Assembly (NCBI GenBank): GCA_044892505.1
Contig: CM097882.1
Coordinates: 247,752,001 to 247,816,000 of the forward strand
Direction of reading: 5' to 3'
DNA length: 64,000 nt
Origin: Schmidtea nova
Taxonomy: Eukaryota
Shown here: piece after piece, positions 1 through 13,242 of the stretch
Position numbering within the stretch: position 1 is the stretch's first letter
How the letters are laid out: each line of letters begins with the position of its first letter
The notes under the pieces: model-generated
Seen by the model: only the letters and a program-made list of their open reading frames with translations
The model's database searches: none
What the model was told of the DNA's origin: nothing
Translations under genes and position numbers: made by a program

Positions 1-199
1 TTTTATTATCAATATGCACATTTATGGTATTGAGTAGACTCTACCATTTTAAAATAACAAATCAAACTATAGATTCGAGGACGAATCTCAAATAAAAGGG
101 TGAGATATGATGGGGTTATTATAAAAATCACAAAAGTAACAAGAAATATCAAAATAAATAAAAATGCAAAAATTAATTAAAATTTATCAAAAATTTAAA

Positions 200-900
200 A
201 TTAATATTCGTTGGAGGAAATGGGTATGGTTCAATGCCAAATCAAAAGACGAACCAAAAAATAATAATAGAAATTTAGTAAGGGGTCCCCAGAGAAAGTC
301 ATTTAATAAAAACAAACTAATTCCAATTAATTAATCACTCAATGGGAAGTCCGAGACAATGGGAAGCCCGAGGCAATGAGAAACCCGAGCGATGAGGAAA
401 GATCGAGCGCAAAGAGACCCGGGAGATCAAAGTCGGGGCAATTAGGAAAAATCCATCCGAGGATAATTAAAATAATTTGTTAGCAAAACAATTAAACCCG
501 AGATTTGTTAACTTTTAGGTATCGATAAAACCTAATTGCTATTTGCGAGAACTATAAAAGGCAGCGCAAAACGGAGGACGGGGCCGACGAGTTGATAGTT
601 AAAAAAGGAGAATATTAAGAAGTTTCGTAAACAAATAAAGAAATATCCTGAAGAAATCAAACAGACAAAGTGAGAAAGTATCCTTTTAACTAAAGAGTCA
701 AATCCGAATCCAACAGAAAGCGTAAATTGACCAAAAGTGTGTATAACAAAATTTGTAATTTGTGTTGATCGTGAATAAAAAGATTGTTCTGTGTTGGGTT
801 CATTGATTTCGATAATTAAAGAGCACGAGGAGTCAGGTCAGTAAACCGATCTTAACAGAATAATAACCCAACAAATTTAATATTAGTAAATCAAAAGGTA
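200..900. repeat. Dispersed repeat (possible solo-LTR-like), with a diverged inverted relative at ~4530-4930
   Basis: AATGAGAAACCCGAGCGATG (~375-395) matches the reverse complement of CATCGCTCGGGTTTCCCATT (~4654-4673). Flanking blocks also align loosely. No coding signal. Confidence 0.4.
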
Positions 901-2419
901 TCAGAAAAAAAGCCTAAGGTAGACCCACCCCTATCACTAAAATAGAGTGTGAATTTCTTTGCAGAAATTTGAAATTGTATTGATTTATCGCTTGTAAATA
1001 GTGAAATTCAATAAAATTATTGTGCTGGGTCTTGGTGATCTGTAATTATAGGAGCCCGAGGAGTCAGAAAAGAAACCGATTGAAAATAAATAACCCAACA
1101 ATTATAACAAATTTTCTGTTTTTCATAAAACAAGGTTAAATATTTTGAAAGCCGATTTCCGACCAAACAAAGAACTCTATCAAAAATTATTTTCTGAGAT
1201 AGATGTCTTAGAAATCTTTCCTGATTCTAAATCAGTAAAATGAATTTTCATGCTGTAGAACAAAGACCATGAGTCATAACAACGAGCACGACGCATCACT
1301 TGACTTACGCAATTCACTAACATTCTAATTCTAAAATCTTTCAGAAAGTCATCGATTCCTTTCACTTAGGTTCTAAGGCCTAAGTGTTGGTCGAAACATG
1401 CATCTAAAATACTGAATTTTCAGAAAACTTAATTGAACAAAATCATTTTCACGATTGAAATAACTTATTAATACATGAAATTTAATTTAGAATTTATTAC
1501 TTCAATTAACAACTTTTATATTATTGCACAAAAATTAATTAAAAAAGAAATAATAATCAATATTGAATAAACGTAAAAAGTTTCAATAAAAGAATGCAAA
1601 AATACAGTGAAATGTTAAATATAAAAAATGATAGACTAAATAATAGCTCCAGAAAGGCAATAAAATTTCATAAATAACGGAAGTTTAGTCGAACAGTAAT
1701 TAATAGAATGGGAAATTATCCAATTAGATACGAGGGATATGCACAATTAGTTGCAGGCGGTATTCAATCGAAAGCATGAGAAAGATACTGATTAACCAAT
1801 AAATTTAAAACACTAAATCAAAAAATGTAGAATTTCTGATTTTAAACTCGGTATCCGGTATTGGTATGATTAGAGGGCTCAGGGTAATCAGGGGTATCTT
1901 CATATTCCTCGAGAAAATTGAAGGCATTTTTGATAATAGAACCTAAATTAAAATAACATTTTACGATTTGATTATTTTCATTTAGTCAATACACCGCATA
2001 ACACAGATTACTACTTGCACTACTATTCGGTGTGTATACTAGTAATGAATCATTGTTTATCTTAAAATCAAGCAACTCATATATACCATATAACCGCGGG
2101 TGACGTGGATATCACGTTTCACTTATTCTATACAATTCCGCGGGGTACGCATTTATCGTGTTGCATATAATTTGCAGGATATTTAAGCGTCGGGAAACGT
2201 TATTTTCCCGTCGAATCTATTATATTTTATTTTAGAACATCAGGAGGAGTTTTTTTCGTTATCATATCTTACATGTAAACAGTTTGCTGACTTGAAAATA
2301 ATAAGTGTTCTATCGCAAAGTTCTATGACACAATTTCTAATCATTTGTACAACAGCAATTGAGTAGTTTACGTTACAGTTGACTTGTGAATTGTTAAATT
2401 TAAAAAAATAAACCCTTTC

Positions 2420-3960
2420 GACATCTCGAAACGTGCAATATCTTCTGGTGACGAGACCGACGCTGAACCTTTACTGAAAACTCGCATTAGTGATTTCAAT
2501 GACTGTGAATCCAGCGATAGTGTAAATTTAGGAAGTGAAAACAGTAGTTCTGAGGAAAGTTTTATTGAGAGCGATGACGAATCGGATGAAGATGATTTTG
2601 CTAGTTGCGTGTATGAAAAGAAATTGATATAAATAATATTTCTCTTATTCCACCAGCTTTTCCTTTTACCGCTACTCCGGGAGTAAAGATAAATGTAGAT
2701 ACAAATGCAACACCACTTATATATTTTGAAATATTTTTTGACAATATTTTTATTCGGATTCTTGTGATTGAAACCAATAAATATGCAAGTCAGGAAGTTG
2801 TCAAGAAAATCATTATATAAATCAAAGAAATGGACTGATGTGAGTGAAGAAGAAATGAAAGTTTTTATAGGTATTTTGTTATTACCTAGTGTTATCAATT
2901 GGTGCTGGTCGAAACACGAATCAATTCATATTCCTATTTTTTCAAAGATCATGCCATGAGACAGATTTAGACTATTTATGAAATACTGGTATTTTTCGGA
3001 TAGTTCTACATTCAATCAAGATACACATCCGTGCCCAAAGTTACGAAATTATATAAAGTAATTGAATATTTACGCCACAAGTTTAGCTCAGTATTAGTTC
3101 CAGAAAAAAATGTTAGTGTGGATGAAAGTTTGTTATTATTCAAAGGAAGACTGAGTTGGAAACAATACATTCTGCTTAAAAGATCACGATTTGGCATAAA
3201 ATCATTTGTTTTGTGTGAATATCAATCAGGCTATATATGGAATTTTATATTTTATATATAACAAAAGTACAAATTTCATGGATAAATATGACGAATTTCT
3301 TATGTCTACCAAAACTGTGTTACATCTAATTGATCCTTTAGTAAACAAAGGCTACTATGTAACAACGGACAATTTTTATACATCTCCCCCAACTTTCAGG
3401 TTATTTGTTACAACTCAAAATAGATATGTATGGAAATCTTCGAATAAATAGAAAGGATCTACCATCTACGTTTCAAGCCATAAAACTTAAGAAAGGAGAA
3501 ATAAAAGCTTATCAAAGGGGCAAAGCCATGGTCCTAAAATGGCAAGATAAGAAAACAATTTGTGCATTGAGCACAATTTACAACCCATCGTTGAGCACAG
3601 TAAAATCAAAGAAATGTGACGAAGTAATAAAACCATAATTGATGTGTGACTACGATCATACAATGGGTAGCATAGACAGGGCTGATCAAGAACTTTCTTA
3701 TTACGAAACCAGTACGAAACAGCAAAAGAAGTATTACAAAAATGTGTTTCGGCACCTCATCGATCAGTTTATATTCAATGCATTTATTATTTTGCAAAAG
3801 GTTACGAACAACACTAAAAAAACATTTTTGGAATTTAGAATGGAGATTATTGAAGAGAGTTTTGAAAATATCTACTCTGCTTTCTTGTATATATTGTAAT
3901 TATTAAGTTTTGATAATAAATATTTGAAATATGATTATTTTTCTTTTAGGTCAAAAACGT
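2420..3960 (+). pseudogene. Fragmented piggyBac (PGBD4-like) transposase
   Basis: Consecutive frameshifted ORFs carry piggyBac motifs: acidic N-terminus, SVDESLLLFKGRLSWKQYILLKRSRFGIKSFVLCE, VTTDNFYTSP, GNLRINRK, LKWQDKK, DYDHTMGSIDRADQ. No clear TTAA-flanked TIR pair found. Confidence 0.88.
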
Positions 3961-4943
3961 AGATCAAGGTCGAATCAAAGTGACTTCAAGGTCATTTTAA
4001 AGTGAATTTAAGGTCAAATTAAGTGAGTCAGATATATTTAAAAACTACTTGTACCAGGGATTCCCAACCTTGGGTACGCGTACCAGTACCGTTACGCTGG
4101 CAAGCAGCTACCGGTACGCGAATTACTTTACTATTGTTGGGTTATTAATGGGTAGTCGGTAATATCTGACTCAGGTGTTCTCTTTTAATCAAAAAAATAA
4201 ATGAAACCCAACACAATAACTTTATATTATTTTCCGAATGAACAATAACACTTTTTATCACAGAAAGTTACTAATGCTCTGCACTCTTCCACATGAGGGT
4301 AGAACACCCAATGGGATATCTCCCTCTCTGGCACGCAAGAAGGTTAAATTCAAATCTACCTTTGGTTTCTCTACACGCTTCCTCCAAATAGCTTCTAGTT
4401 GTTTGAAAAATTCTGTTTATTCTTGAAATTTATCTTCGACCACTTTGGCAATATCGACAATTTGCTCTCAGTTTGTATACTAATTTTTGTTGTCATCCTG
4501 TCGGCCTAATTGGATCTGTCGAAAAGTAAAATAATTAAATTTGTTTGACCGCTGCCTAATTGAGTTTAGCCGCTAATGGATTTAGGCTCTTCCCGGCGCA
4601 TTCAATTTATTTCGATAATTAAATGATTTTGTTGATGCCCCGGGTTTCCCACATCGCTCGGGTTTCCCATTAGACGATTAATTCTTTTTAATTAATTTGT
4701 ATTTTCTTAATTTATCTTTCTGGGGGTCCATTTTCAATTTTATATACCCATATTTGAATTCGTCTCATCATTTGGCATCCTCCCATACCAGTTTCCCCTC
4801 TGAATCTTTATTTTTGAATTTCACAAATTTCTTAATTAATGTTTGCACTTTAATTATTATTTTTCCAAATTTGTAATTTTATTGATTTGCACATAGCTTT
4901 TGTGCCTTTTACTTTTATTTTCTGTTTATTTTAAAAACCCCAA

Positions 4944-4946
<3 letters not shown>

Positions 4947-5005
<59 letters not shown>
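4947..5005. repeat. (TA)n microsatellite; similar tracts at ~5450-5495, ~7812-7868, ~9105-9135, ~12140-12191
   Basis: Directly visible dinucleotide runs. Confidence 0.95.
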
Positions 5006-5007
<2 letters not shown>

Positions 5008-5259
5008 TCTTTAGTTAATAATAATAAACAGGCCCAACCTTCTCGCAAACTATTTTTTAGGTCATAATTATATTTTNNNNNNNNNNNNNNNNNNNNNNNN
5101 NNNNNNNNNNNNNNNNNNNNNNNNNNNNNNNNNNNNNNNNNNNNNNNNNNNNNNNNNNNNNNNNNNNNNNNNNNNNNNNNNNNNNNNNNNNNNNNNNNNN
5201 NNNNNNNNNNNNNNNNNNNNNNNNNNTTTCACCTTTGATCTTTTTTTATTATTATTATA

Positions 5260-5434
5260 AATAATTCTCATAATGATGACTATAGATCAAAATTTTTTTT
5301 TAAACAATACCACAATATTTCGGCACAGCCTTTATCAAGTGTGTATATACACACTTGATAAAGGCTGTGCCGAAATATTGTGGTATTGTTTATAAAAAAA
5401 ATTTTGATCTATAGTCATCATTATGAGAATTATT
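5260..5434. repeat. Near-perfect ~87-bp-arm palindrome of a Penelope-like terminal (pseudo-LTR) unit; further copies at ~5695-5785 and ~7905-8065
   Basis: AATAATTCTCATAATG...CCTTTATCAAGTGTGTAT|ATACACACTTGATAAAGG...CATTATGAGAATTATT, centre at 5346/5347. Lies next to a PLE endonuclease remnant. Confidence 0.7.
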
Positions 5435-5445
5435 GATAATAATAA

Positions 5446-5496
<51 letters not shown>

Positions 5497-6029
5497 CCCA
5501 AGTTACTTGTCTTTATTACAAATCTCCATTGCATTTTATACCCCATTAAAAAATTAGGTTTACCGGCACGCCATCAAACTTTTACAACGTACAGGTACGA
5601 TACTATGAAAAGATTGGGAACCCCTGACTTATACTATATAAAATATTTAGATAAACTAAAGTTTAAGAAGGCTATATATATTATTATTATTATCAATAAT
5701 TTTCATAATGATGACTATAGATCAAAATTTTTTTTTATAAACAATAACACAATATTTCGGCACAGCCTTTATCAAGTGTGTATTTCAATTGTTATATTAA
5801 CTTAATCCTAAATAGTAACCTTAATTATTTGATTTATATTTTATAATGATTTTATTGGATGAAAAAAATTTATTTTAATTTTTTTGTGCGAATAGAATGT
5901 TGATGGAACGTTTGTATTTTTTATGTAAAAAGTCTCGGAAGCTAATCTTTGTAATGAATTTTTGAATCCCTCTTGTAGAATCTGGCATTTTGTTTGTTCT
6001 ATAGATGGAGTTGTTTTATGTACTTTCTC

Positions 6030-6290
6030 TCAGTGTTCGTAATAATTACTAATTTTGTTTTTAGTGTGTTCATTAAGTCGGGTGCGAAAAGTTCTATGTG
6101 TTTCTCCTATGTAAGTAGCGTCACATTTTTGACAAAAAAGTTTATATATTACATTTTTGGAAAAGCAAAAGCATCGGGTTGTGGAACGGCAAAGACATTT
6201 ATGTTTAGAGATGTTGAAAATTGGTGGCTTTCGGAGTTGTGATTTTAACGGTGCGGAGGTTATGAACGTTAGACGGATGTGGATAGGCAA
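6030..6290 (-). pseudogene. Penelope-like element GIY-YIG endonuclease remnant
   Basis: NVIYKLFCQKCDATYIGETHRTFRTRLNEH matches the PLE VIY-x-C-x2-C-YIGET-R-R-EH signature. Confidence 0.8.
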
Positions 6291-6479
6291 ATCTGTTTGA
6301 TTAAAAATGTTGGTGATTTTGTTGGCTGTAGTGTCATTTAGGAAAGGTAATCTTAGATATATAGATATATATATATATATATATATATGAAAACTTGATT
6401 TATTTGTAAATTATTACAATAAAAATGTCTAAGTCACAATTCAATAAACTTTATTATCACAGTGGAGCTGATGATGAAC

Positions 6480-6955
6480 ATGGAATGACTCAAGATCAAA
6501 TTTGTAAGATAAAAATGACGATAATAAAGGGTTTTGAAAAAAAATTATACACTTAGATTACAACAAAGTATTTCGATTATTATTGATGGTTTGAATCATG
6601 AAATCAATAATGAAAAAGATTTTAACAATTTATTTAGAAAAATAGCTAGAAATAAAGGTGTCACAGTTATTTTTATAACTCAATATCTGTTTAATCAAAG
6701 TTGATACCATCGAACTCGTAACCTGAATGTTCGATATATGACTGTTTTCAAAAACCCAGAGATGCAACAATTAACGATTTTCTTGCAAGACAGGCATACA
6801 CTAGTAGTCTTAATTTCTTAATTAATGCATTTCAAGAAGCAAATCAAACCTCAAATGGATATATTTTTCTTGATTATACGCAACAATATCCGGACGATTT
6901 AAGAGAAAGAATTGATATTTTCAACAATGAAGGTGTAATGATTTATAAACAAAGT
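6480..6955 (+). pseudogene. Polinton/Maverick packaging ATPase remnant
   Basis: Manual translation gives IIDGL..NLFRK..VTVIFITQYLF..RTRNLNVRYMTVFKNP and NGYIFLDYTQQYPDDLRERIDIF, typical of Polinton A32-like ATPases. Interrupted by stops and frameshifts. Confidence 0.7.
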
Positions 6956-7399
6956 TGATATTGTGTTTGACATGAATCAAGTTACTTAAATCCCATTCCA
7001 AACATCCAAAGTTATTAAAACTTAAAAATGTTTAAAAATAATCGTAAAATATTAATTCCAACTAAAACAAGTTTTACACCTTCAAAAAATCTAATTACAA
7101 AAAAGTTTTCAGCATTGAATCTTATTTCACACAATTTATAATCTATTTCAAAGAAATTAGAAAAATAACAAAACTTCAAATCATCATCATAGCTTCCAAT
7201 TTTTAAATGCACTGTTAAAGTGCTAAAAGAATGAGCTTTTTTCTCACATTTCAATTATTTCATTGATGATTTCCTTAATGTTACACTTAATGTTGTCAAA
7301 GGTAAAAATAACAACAATAAATTTAATAAAATAGTTTTGAAACAACCCAAGAATCTACTGTTGTCACTAGTAAATACGATAAACTGAAATGGGTGAAAT

Positions 7400-7750
7400 G
7401 GGTGAAATAGTATATATACCACAAGGAGGGTTTGTTGATGCACTGTTACAATCAGCATTGTCTTTATTAGATGGAGTTGGATTATTGAGAAAAACATCAT
7501 CATTATAAACAATGGGACAAACAAACACAAAGTCTTCTTATTAAATGGCAGTAGCCATTAAAACAATGTTTGCAGATGGACATCCGAACAATTTACAAAC
7601 TGATTTTGGTAAGAATATATTAATATTATACATATCTAATTACAAATTTAGTTAAAGAATTTTCAACAGTAAAGTCAAAGAAATTTCAAAGAAAATATCC
7701 AGAAAGAAGTGGGAAGTCAATTGGAAAGGATTTCGTATTGGAGTGATCAG
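7400..7750 (+). pseudogene. Polinton-type integrase remnant
   Basis: KTMFADGHPNNLQTDFGK (PxxLQTDxGxEF-like DDE motif), followed by KWEVNWKGF (chromo-like). Degenerate. Confidence 0.5.
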
Positions 7751-7810
7751 GATCTTTTTAAGATCGAAATATTTCATTTAAATAAACATTGCGGAGAAGG
7801 CTTAACACTG

Positions 7811-7873
<63 letters not shown>

Positions 7874-8909
7874 CATAATTATCTCTTTGTTTCACCTTTG
7901 ACCTTTTTTTAATATTAATATCAATAATTCCCATAATGGTAAGATTATAGATCAAAATTTCTTTAAATAAGTACACAATATTTCTGCACAGTCTTTATCA
8001 AGTGTGATAAAGGCTGTGCCAAAATATTGTGTACTTATTTAAAGAAATTTTGATCTATAGTCTAACCATTNNNNNNNNNNNNNNNNNNNNNNNNNNNNNN
8101 NNNNNNNNNNNNNNNNNNNNNNNNNNNNNNNNNNNNNNNNNNNNNNNNNNNNNNNNNNNNNNNNNNNNNNNNNNNNNNNNNNNNNNNNNNNNNNNNNNNN
8201 NNNNNNNNNNNNNNNNNNNNNNNNNNNNNNNNNNGTTTTAAATGTCGTTAGAGTCTGTGAGTGTAAGAAGAGATTTGTAGATCCTGAGAGAGTCTTGCGG
8301 TATTCGTGGGCAGACACTCGGGGTGTATGCTATGTAGTGTTATACTGGAAATAATAACAACAAAATAATAAAATTAATTAATTATTCACGAAAAAGTTAT
8401 GATCACAGTATAATGTTTCAAATAACTAGAACTATAATATATTACTTTAACTTTGGAGTAATTAAGTCGATTTTGGATGGGAAAAGAATTTTGGAATTGA
8501 AACACTATATAGGATTTTTGATTTTCTCTGATCTTCGGATAAAAATTTCTTGATAATACTCTTAGATTAATATTCCTTCTTATTTTCAATCAATCTTATT
8601 TTTTAGCGCTATCTCAGTTTTGGTCTTGATCGGATTTAATTAGTTTACTTCCAAAATAATAATTATATTTTCTAATTCGTTTTTTTCTAATCGTTTTCTA
8701 TAATTTCTTTTTCTATTTCAATTTCTTCGTATTTTGGAAAATAAATTTTTATTTGTCCTAATTCCTTTATCATTCGCTGGCTTGTTTCTTTAGCTTGGTA
8801 ATTAATTTATCTCATAAAATTTTAATTCAAAAAATATCAATTTTTCTTTTATTGTCAATTTGGCTTACTATAGCATTTGCTATAGTAAGCCAAATTTGAA
8901 TTTCAAATA

Positions 8910-8957
<48 letters not shown>

Positions 8958-9099
8958 CACAATAATAAAAAACGATGTTGTCCTCAACACTCAGGGATGG
9001 GGGGATACCACGCCTTTACAACATGAATCGCAATCACCCGTAATAATACACAATAATAAACCATCATAAAAATAACCCAAATAATAAAATACGACATTC

Positions 9100-9138
<39 letters not shown>

Positions 9139-9419
9139 GAAAACAGCTAATGTAGGAATACTAAAAACCAATTAGATTTTATTAATAGAAATTGATCGCT
9201 AATTGATAAGCCGGTTTTTCGCAACCGTAGATCTTGATCAATGATGTCAAGAGTTGAAATGAGAAGGCTCCATGACAGTCCGTATTGATTGACTTCCGGT
9301 GCTGACAAATAATCCATTAATCGAGATTGATTGTGATCCAATGTATTGATTTGTAGATTTTTAGTTAGTCATTACCGATTTGTCTGGATTGTATATTAAT
9401 ATTGATCCAGTTGTTGACA

Positions 9420-9548
9420 AGCATCTTCCAGTTTGTACAGCTTCTTTTCGCATTCCAGCAGCGAGACATTTCTGCAATCTACAGAACTAGCAATTGTTTC
9501 TTCTTTGAATATCGACTACACAATCTCCAATAGAGTGGCACTGGTAAT
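9420..9548 (-). pseudogene. Nuclear receptor DNA-binding domain fragment (second C4 zinc finger and T-box) with in-frame stop
   Basis: Manual translation [41 protein letters not shown]; TAG at 9489-9487 replaces the conserved Gln. Confidence 0.8.
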
Positions 9549-10014
9549 TGTTGTCATTTGATGAAAACGAGTCACTGTGAATGTCTTGGGTGAACTGTGG
9601 TGAATTATCAATCATTAAACACTGGCCGAGTGTCATTGTTAGCTGTTTGCATTTTTTTGTTTGTGATAAGCGTGAATATGAAAATATGTAAATATTAAAA
9701 CAAGTCTATTAATTTTTACTCCATTTAATAATTACTTAAATAAATTAATTAATTTAAAAAATAAAAGAAATTTATAAAATTGAATATTTAATCTAAGGCA
9801 CTACAGCTAATGATTTGATCAGAAAATATTGTTATTGTTGAAAACAAATGTTTCGTTCGAAATTAATAAAGCATTGCCTGGAGGAGTTATGTGTAGCTAA
9901 TGATACAAGGCAAGTATCTTTAAATAGGGATGAACCGCAACCAGAACCGAAGCGTAAAATACATCAAAGGTATATAAAAAGCCGAATGAAAGGGCATGGA
10001 AATATATTTAAAAA

Positions 10015-10800
10015 ATGACCTTTGATAAATCAGAATTATGTATTTTTGACAGACCATGGCCTTAAGTAGTTATTGAATATGGGACATTTGAAGAAATATT
10101 TCACATGAATTCAATTACAGATAGAAAAAATAATGTGGAAATTTCTATTAATGGTGTTCAAACGAATCTTTGAATTTGAACGATGCTTTATTATCGGTTT
10201 AATAAAAAGTTGTAAATGATAAAAAAGATTTTACTGCTTTTGAAGTAGAGTTACCGAATAATTTTATGTTTCACACTCTCTTTAAAGATGTAATTCTTGG
10301 TTTTAATTATATCAATATTAAGGGATGAAACAATACTAATGTACACAAGGCAATAATTGAAGTTATTTTAAATTATAATTTAATTACTAAAGAAAATTGT
10401 CTCACTTCAATGGTGATTCTGGCGAAAGGAAAACTTGGATTAAAAGCTAAAAATTGTTCACAATGTGTTCATCATTACAACTGGATTTTGTGGATAACCG
10501 AAATATTTATTCACTGTCGTTGATGTGCACATTCGTTTGAAAATATCCGATTCATCATTTTCTTTATAGTCTACTAGATAAACTAAATCGTCAATTAGTA
10601 GATGCAATATTATTGATTTACTTGTATTGGCTGCGCATCAAATTGGACTTAATTCGAAATATGCAATTTATATAATGAAAACCAAGGAAATTGAATTATT
10701 CGGTATTGGTAAAGGCGCATCATTACCTTACAAGAAAAAAATATTTAGAGATAAAAGAATGATTTGTTTCATCTTTGTAGCTTTTCAAATTGAAGCCCAG
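10015..10800 (+). pseudogene. Polinton major capsid protein remnant
   Basis: ATG ACC TTT GAT AAA TCA GAA TTA gives MTFDKSELCIFDRP (cf. the Polinton MCP KSELDLF..P start). Later KYAIYIMKTKEIELFGIGKG. Many stops. Confidence 0.5.
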
Positions 10801-12138
10801 TACTGACTCATATACAGCTTCGAAAAAAGTCTACCTTTAGTATATTCATTATATTTGATTTAACAAAGTTAATCATCCATCGATCATGTGAAAATAAAAA
10901 ATCTTTCTTACTCATCCTTCCTCGAGTAGACGTCGAATATACGTTTAACGAAAATTCGGAATTCGATCTGAATTTATTTTTTTCCACACAAGGTCTCACC
11001 TTTTTTAATGTAATGAGCTGATTTTCAGATATACCCATATTGTTCGTGTTGATATCTGAACGTTGTGATGATTTGACAAATACCTTTTCATTTGATCTAT
11101 TGTTGCGTAATAATTTGAATCCGCTTTTAATCCAATAACTTTTGACCAATAAATTCGTTTATAATTCATATTGGTAAAACTCCAGTATTTCTGTACTATT
11201 TGATTATAGTTGTTGTTTCTTCTTTAAATTTCGATAACTCGGCCTTCTTAATAGTAGTCATGGATGTCTTCCATGGCGTCGATAATCTCTTTCATTAAGA
11301 ACAGATATTCTAGAGAAAACAGATATTTCTAGAGAAACTTACACATTTTTTTGGGTTTGCCTATATAGGATGGTTGATGCTGTTGAAACCTCAGAAATGT
11401 CTTCATAAATATTCATAATTTTTAAAAATGTAGATTTTATTAAATGTCATGTGTATAGAAATTTTGTGGACCATGTTTGTGTGTATTTATTTATTTTTCT
11501 ACCTTTCTATAGTAAAGCTCTAAATCAATGTTAAGGATCCAATTAAATCGAGTTTGTGTTATTTGTGTTTGTGTTTTTTCATGTTCTGTATATCAATGAA
11601 AAATTAATTTAAAAATTAAAAATTCAAAGTTATTTTACATTTTCGATGTTTCCATTCTACAGGTTCGACTGGTTGAGGCATAATAACTTAATTTTCTGCA
11701 TTTCAAAAATATTTTTTATTCAATTTTTCAATATATTTTTAATTTTAAATTTCTCCTTGATCCTCTCCTTCAATATTGATTACGCCGAAACTTCTGAAAT
11801 GTCTTCATAAATCATTTTATTATTTAATTTTAAAATCCCTTAATTAAAGATCGTCACTTTGCAAATATTGGTTATTGAATTTTATTTTATTAACAAATGA
11901 ATTTTAAATTATTAATTTAATTTAAATGTCTTAATAATTAACAAATCCGTTGTTTGAATTTCATAATTTAATTGAAAGTAATTAATTTGAATAAAAGCGA
12001 TTAAAAAAACTCATTTTCTAAAGAAATCTTTTGGAAAAAGTAAATATGATTTTTGTATGACCCGTTTATAAGTCGAATTGAAGAAAAAGTCCTCAAATTT
12101 AATACAAAATTTCTCGACTTATACATGAGTATATAAGG

Positions 12139-12195
<57 letters not shown>

Positions 12196-13003
12196 TGTAT
12201 TCCTTATTATAGGGTTTTTGTGTTGTGTAGGTGTATTTTTTGACCTAATTTATTTTTCTTCTCTTCTATAGTACACCTGTTTTTTTAGTTTAAAAGTAAC
12301 TAAGATACAAGCAGGTGTGTACATCTACTTGTTACTCATAATGATTATGTTAATTTCAAATTTATTTTGCTTATCATTTTTTTTAAAATGGCTATCAGGT
12401 AAGTTTATTTATCAAGATATCTTTTAAGGCTTCTATTTTGATCTTACAATGATATGAGATTACTATAGACGCTTTAAAAGTCTCTATAAATTTCAATATT
12501 ATTTTGATTTCATATTTATTTACTTATATGATTTATTTATTTATATGATTTTTTATGACATTTCCATTATCTTTGTTCTGCAGTTTTATTTTTATTTAAT
12601 TTTTAAATCTAGGAAATCATGATTTTTTAACAAGTTTTGGGAATTATTTACATTAATATTAAATTAAAAAATTATTTTTAACTAAGATTTATTACAATAT
12701 TATTATTAAATAAAAGTTTTCCATTTATTTCTGAAATATTTTTTTTGTATATTCCAAGAAATAATTTAATAAAGTTTAATTTTTATTACAAGCATTGCAA
12801 ATATTTTTGTCCTGCATTATCTGAGACTTCAAAATGATTTAAATTGCGTTGTGAATTTTCTGAGCGTGTGATCCTGGCAGATGTTGTTGAATGAAATGAT
12901 GTAGCGTGTGTATTGTAGATAAGTGGATTTTGTATGTGTTATTAGATATGGATGGTGTTAATGAATGGTATGTATTGTTTTGCAAATATGGATGTATTAT
13001 GAT

Positions 13004-13242
13004 TATGTGGAAGTTGGAAGATTTAAGAAATTTTTAATGAAAAATTTTAAAAATTAATTTTAAGATTGATTTTTAAAATATAAAAATATTTTTAATTAGA
13101 AAAATATTTTTTGGAAATTTGTTTAAATAACAAATTATTATGAAAACATTATTTTGATAAATATATTTTTCTGAAATAAAAGTTATGGATTCAAATTGTT
13201 GTAAAACTGATTCTAATGTTTTAAAGGATGAAAATCCTAATA
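13004..13242 (+). repeat. 5' LTR (239 bp) of small Gypsy
   Basis: TATGTGGAAG...ATCCTAATA; about 7 differences from the 3' copy by eye. Confidence 0.9.

Noticed and set aside
4055-4130. hAT-like TIR start CAGGGATTCCCAACC
   Set aside because: No matching second TIR or TSD found.
10808-11149. 113-aa minus-strand ORF
   Set aside because: No recognisable motif; lies in a degraded repeat region.
13185-13241. ORF-track gag start at 13185
   Set aside because: This ATG lies inside the 5' LTR and is ACA in the 3' LTR copy; likely an incidental mutation.
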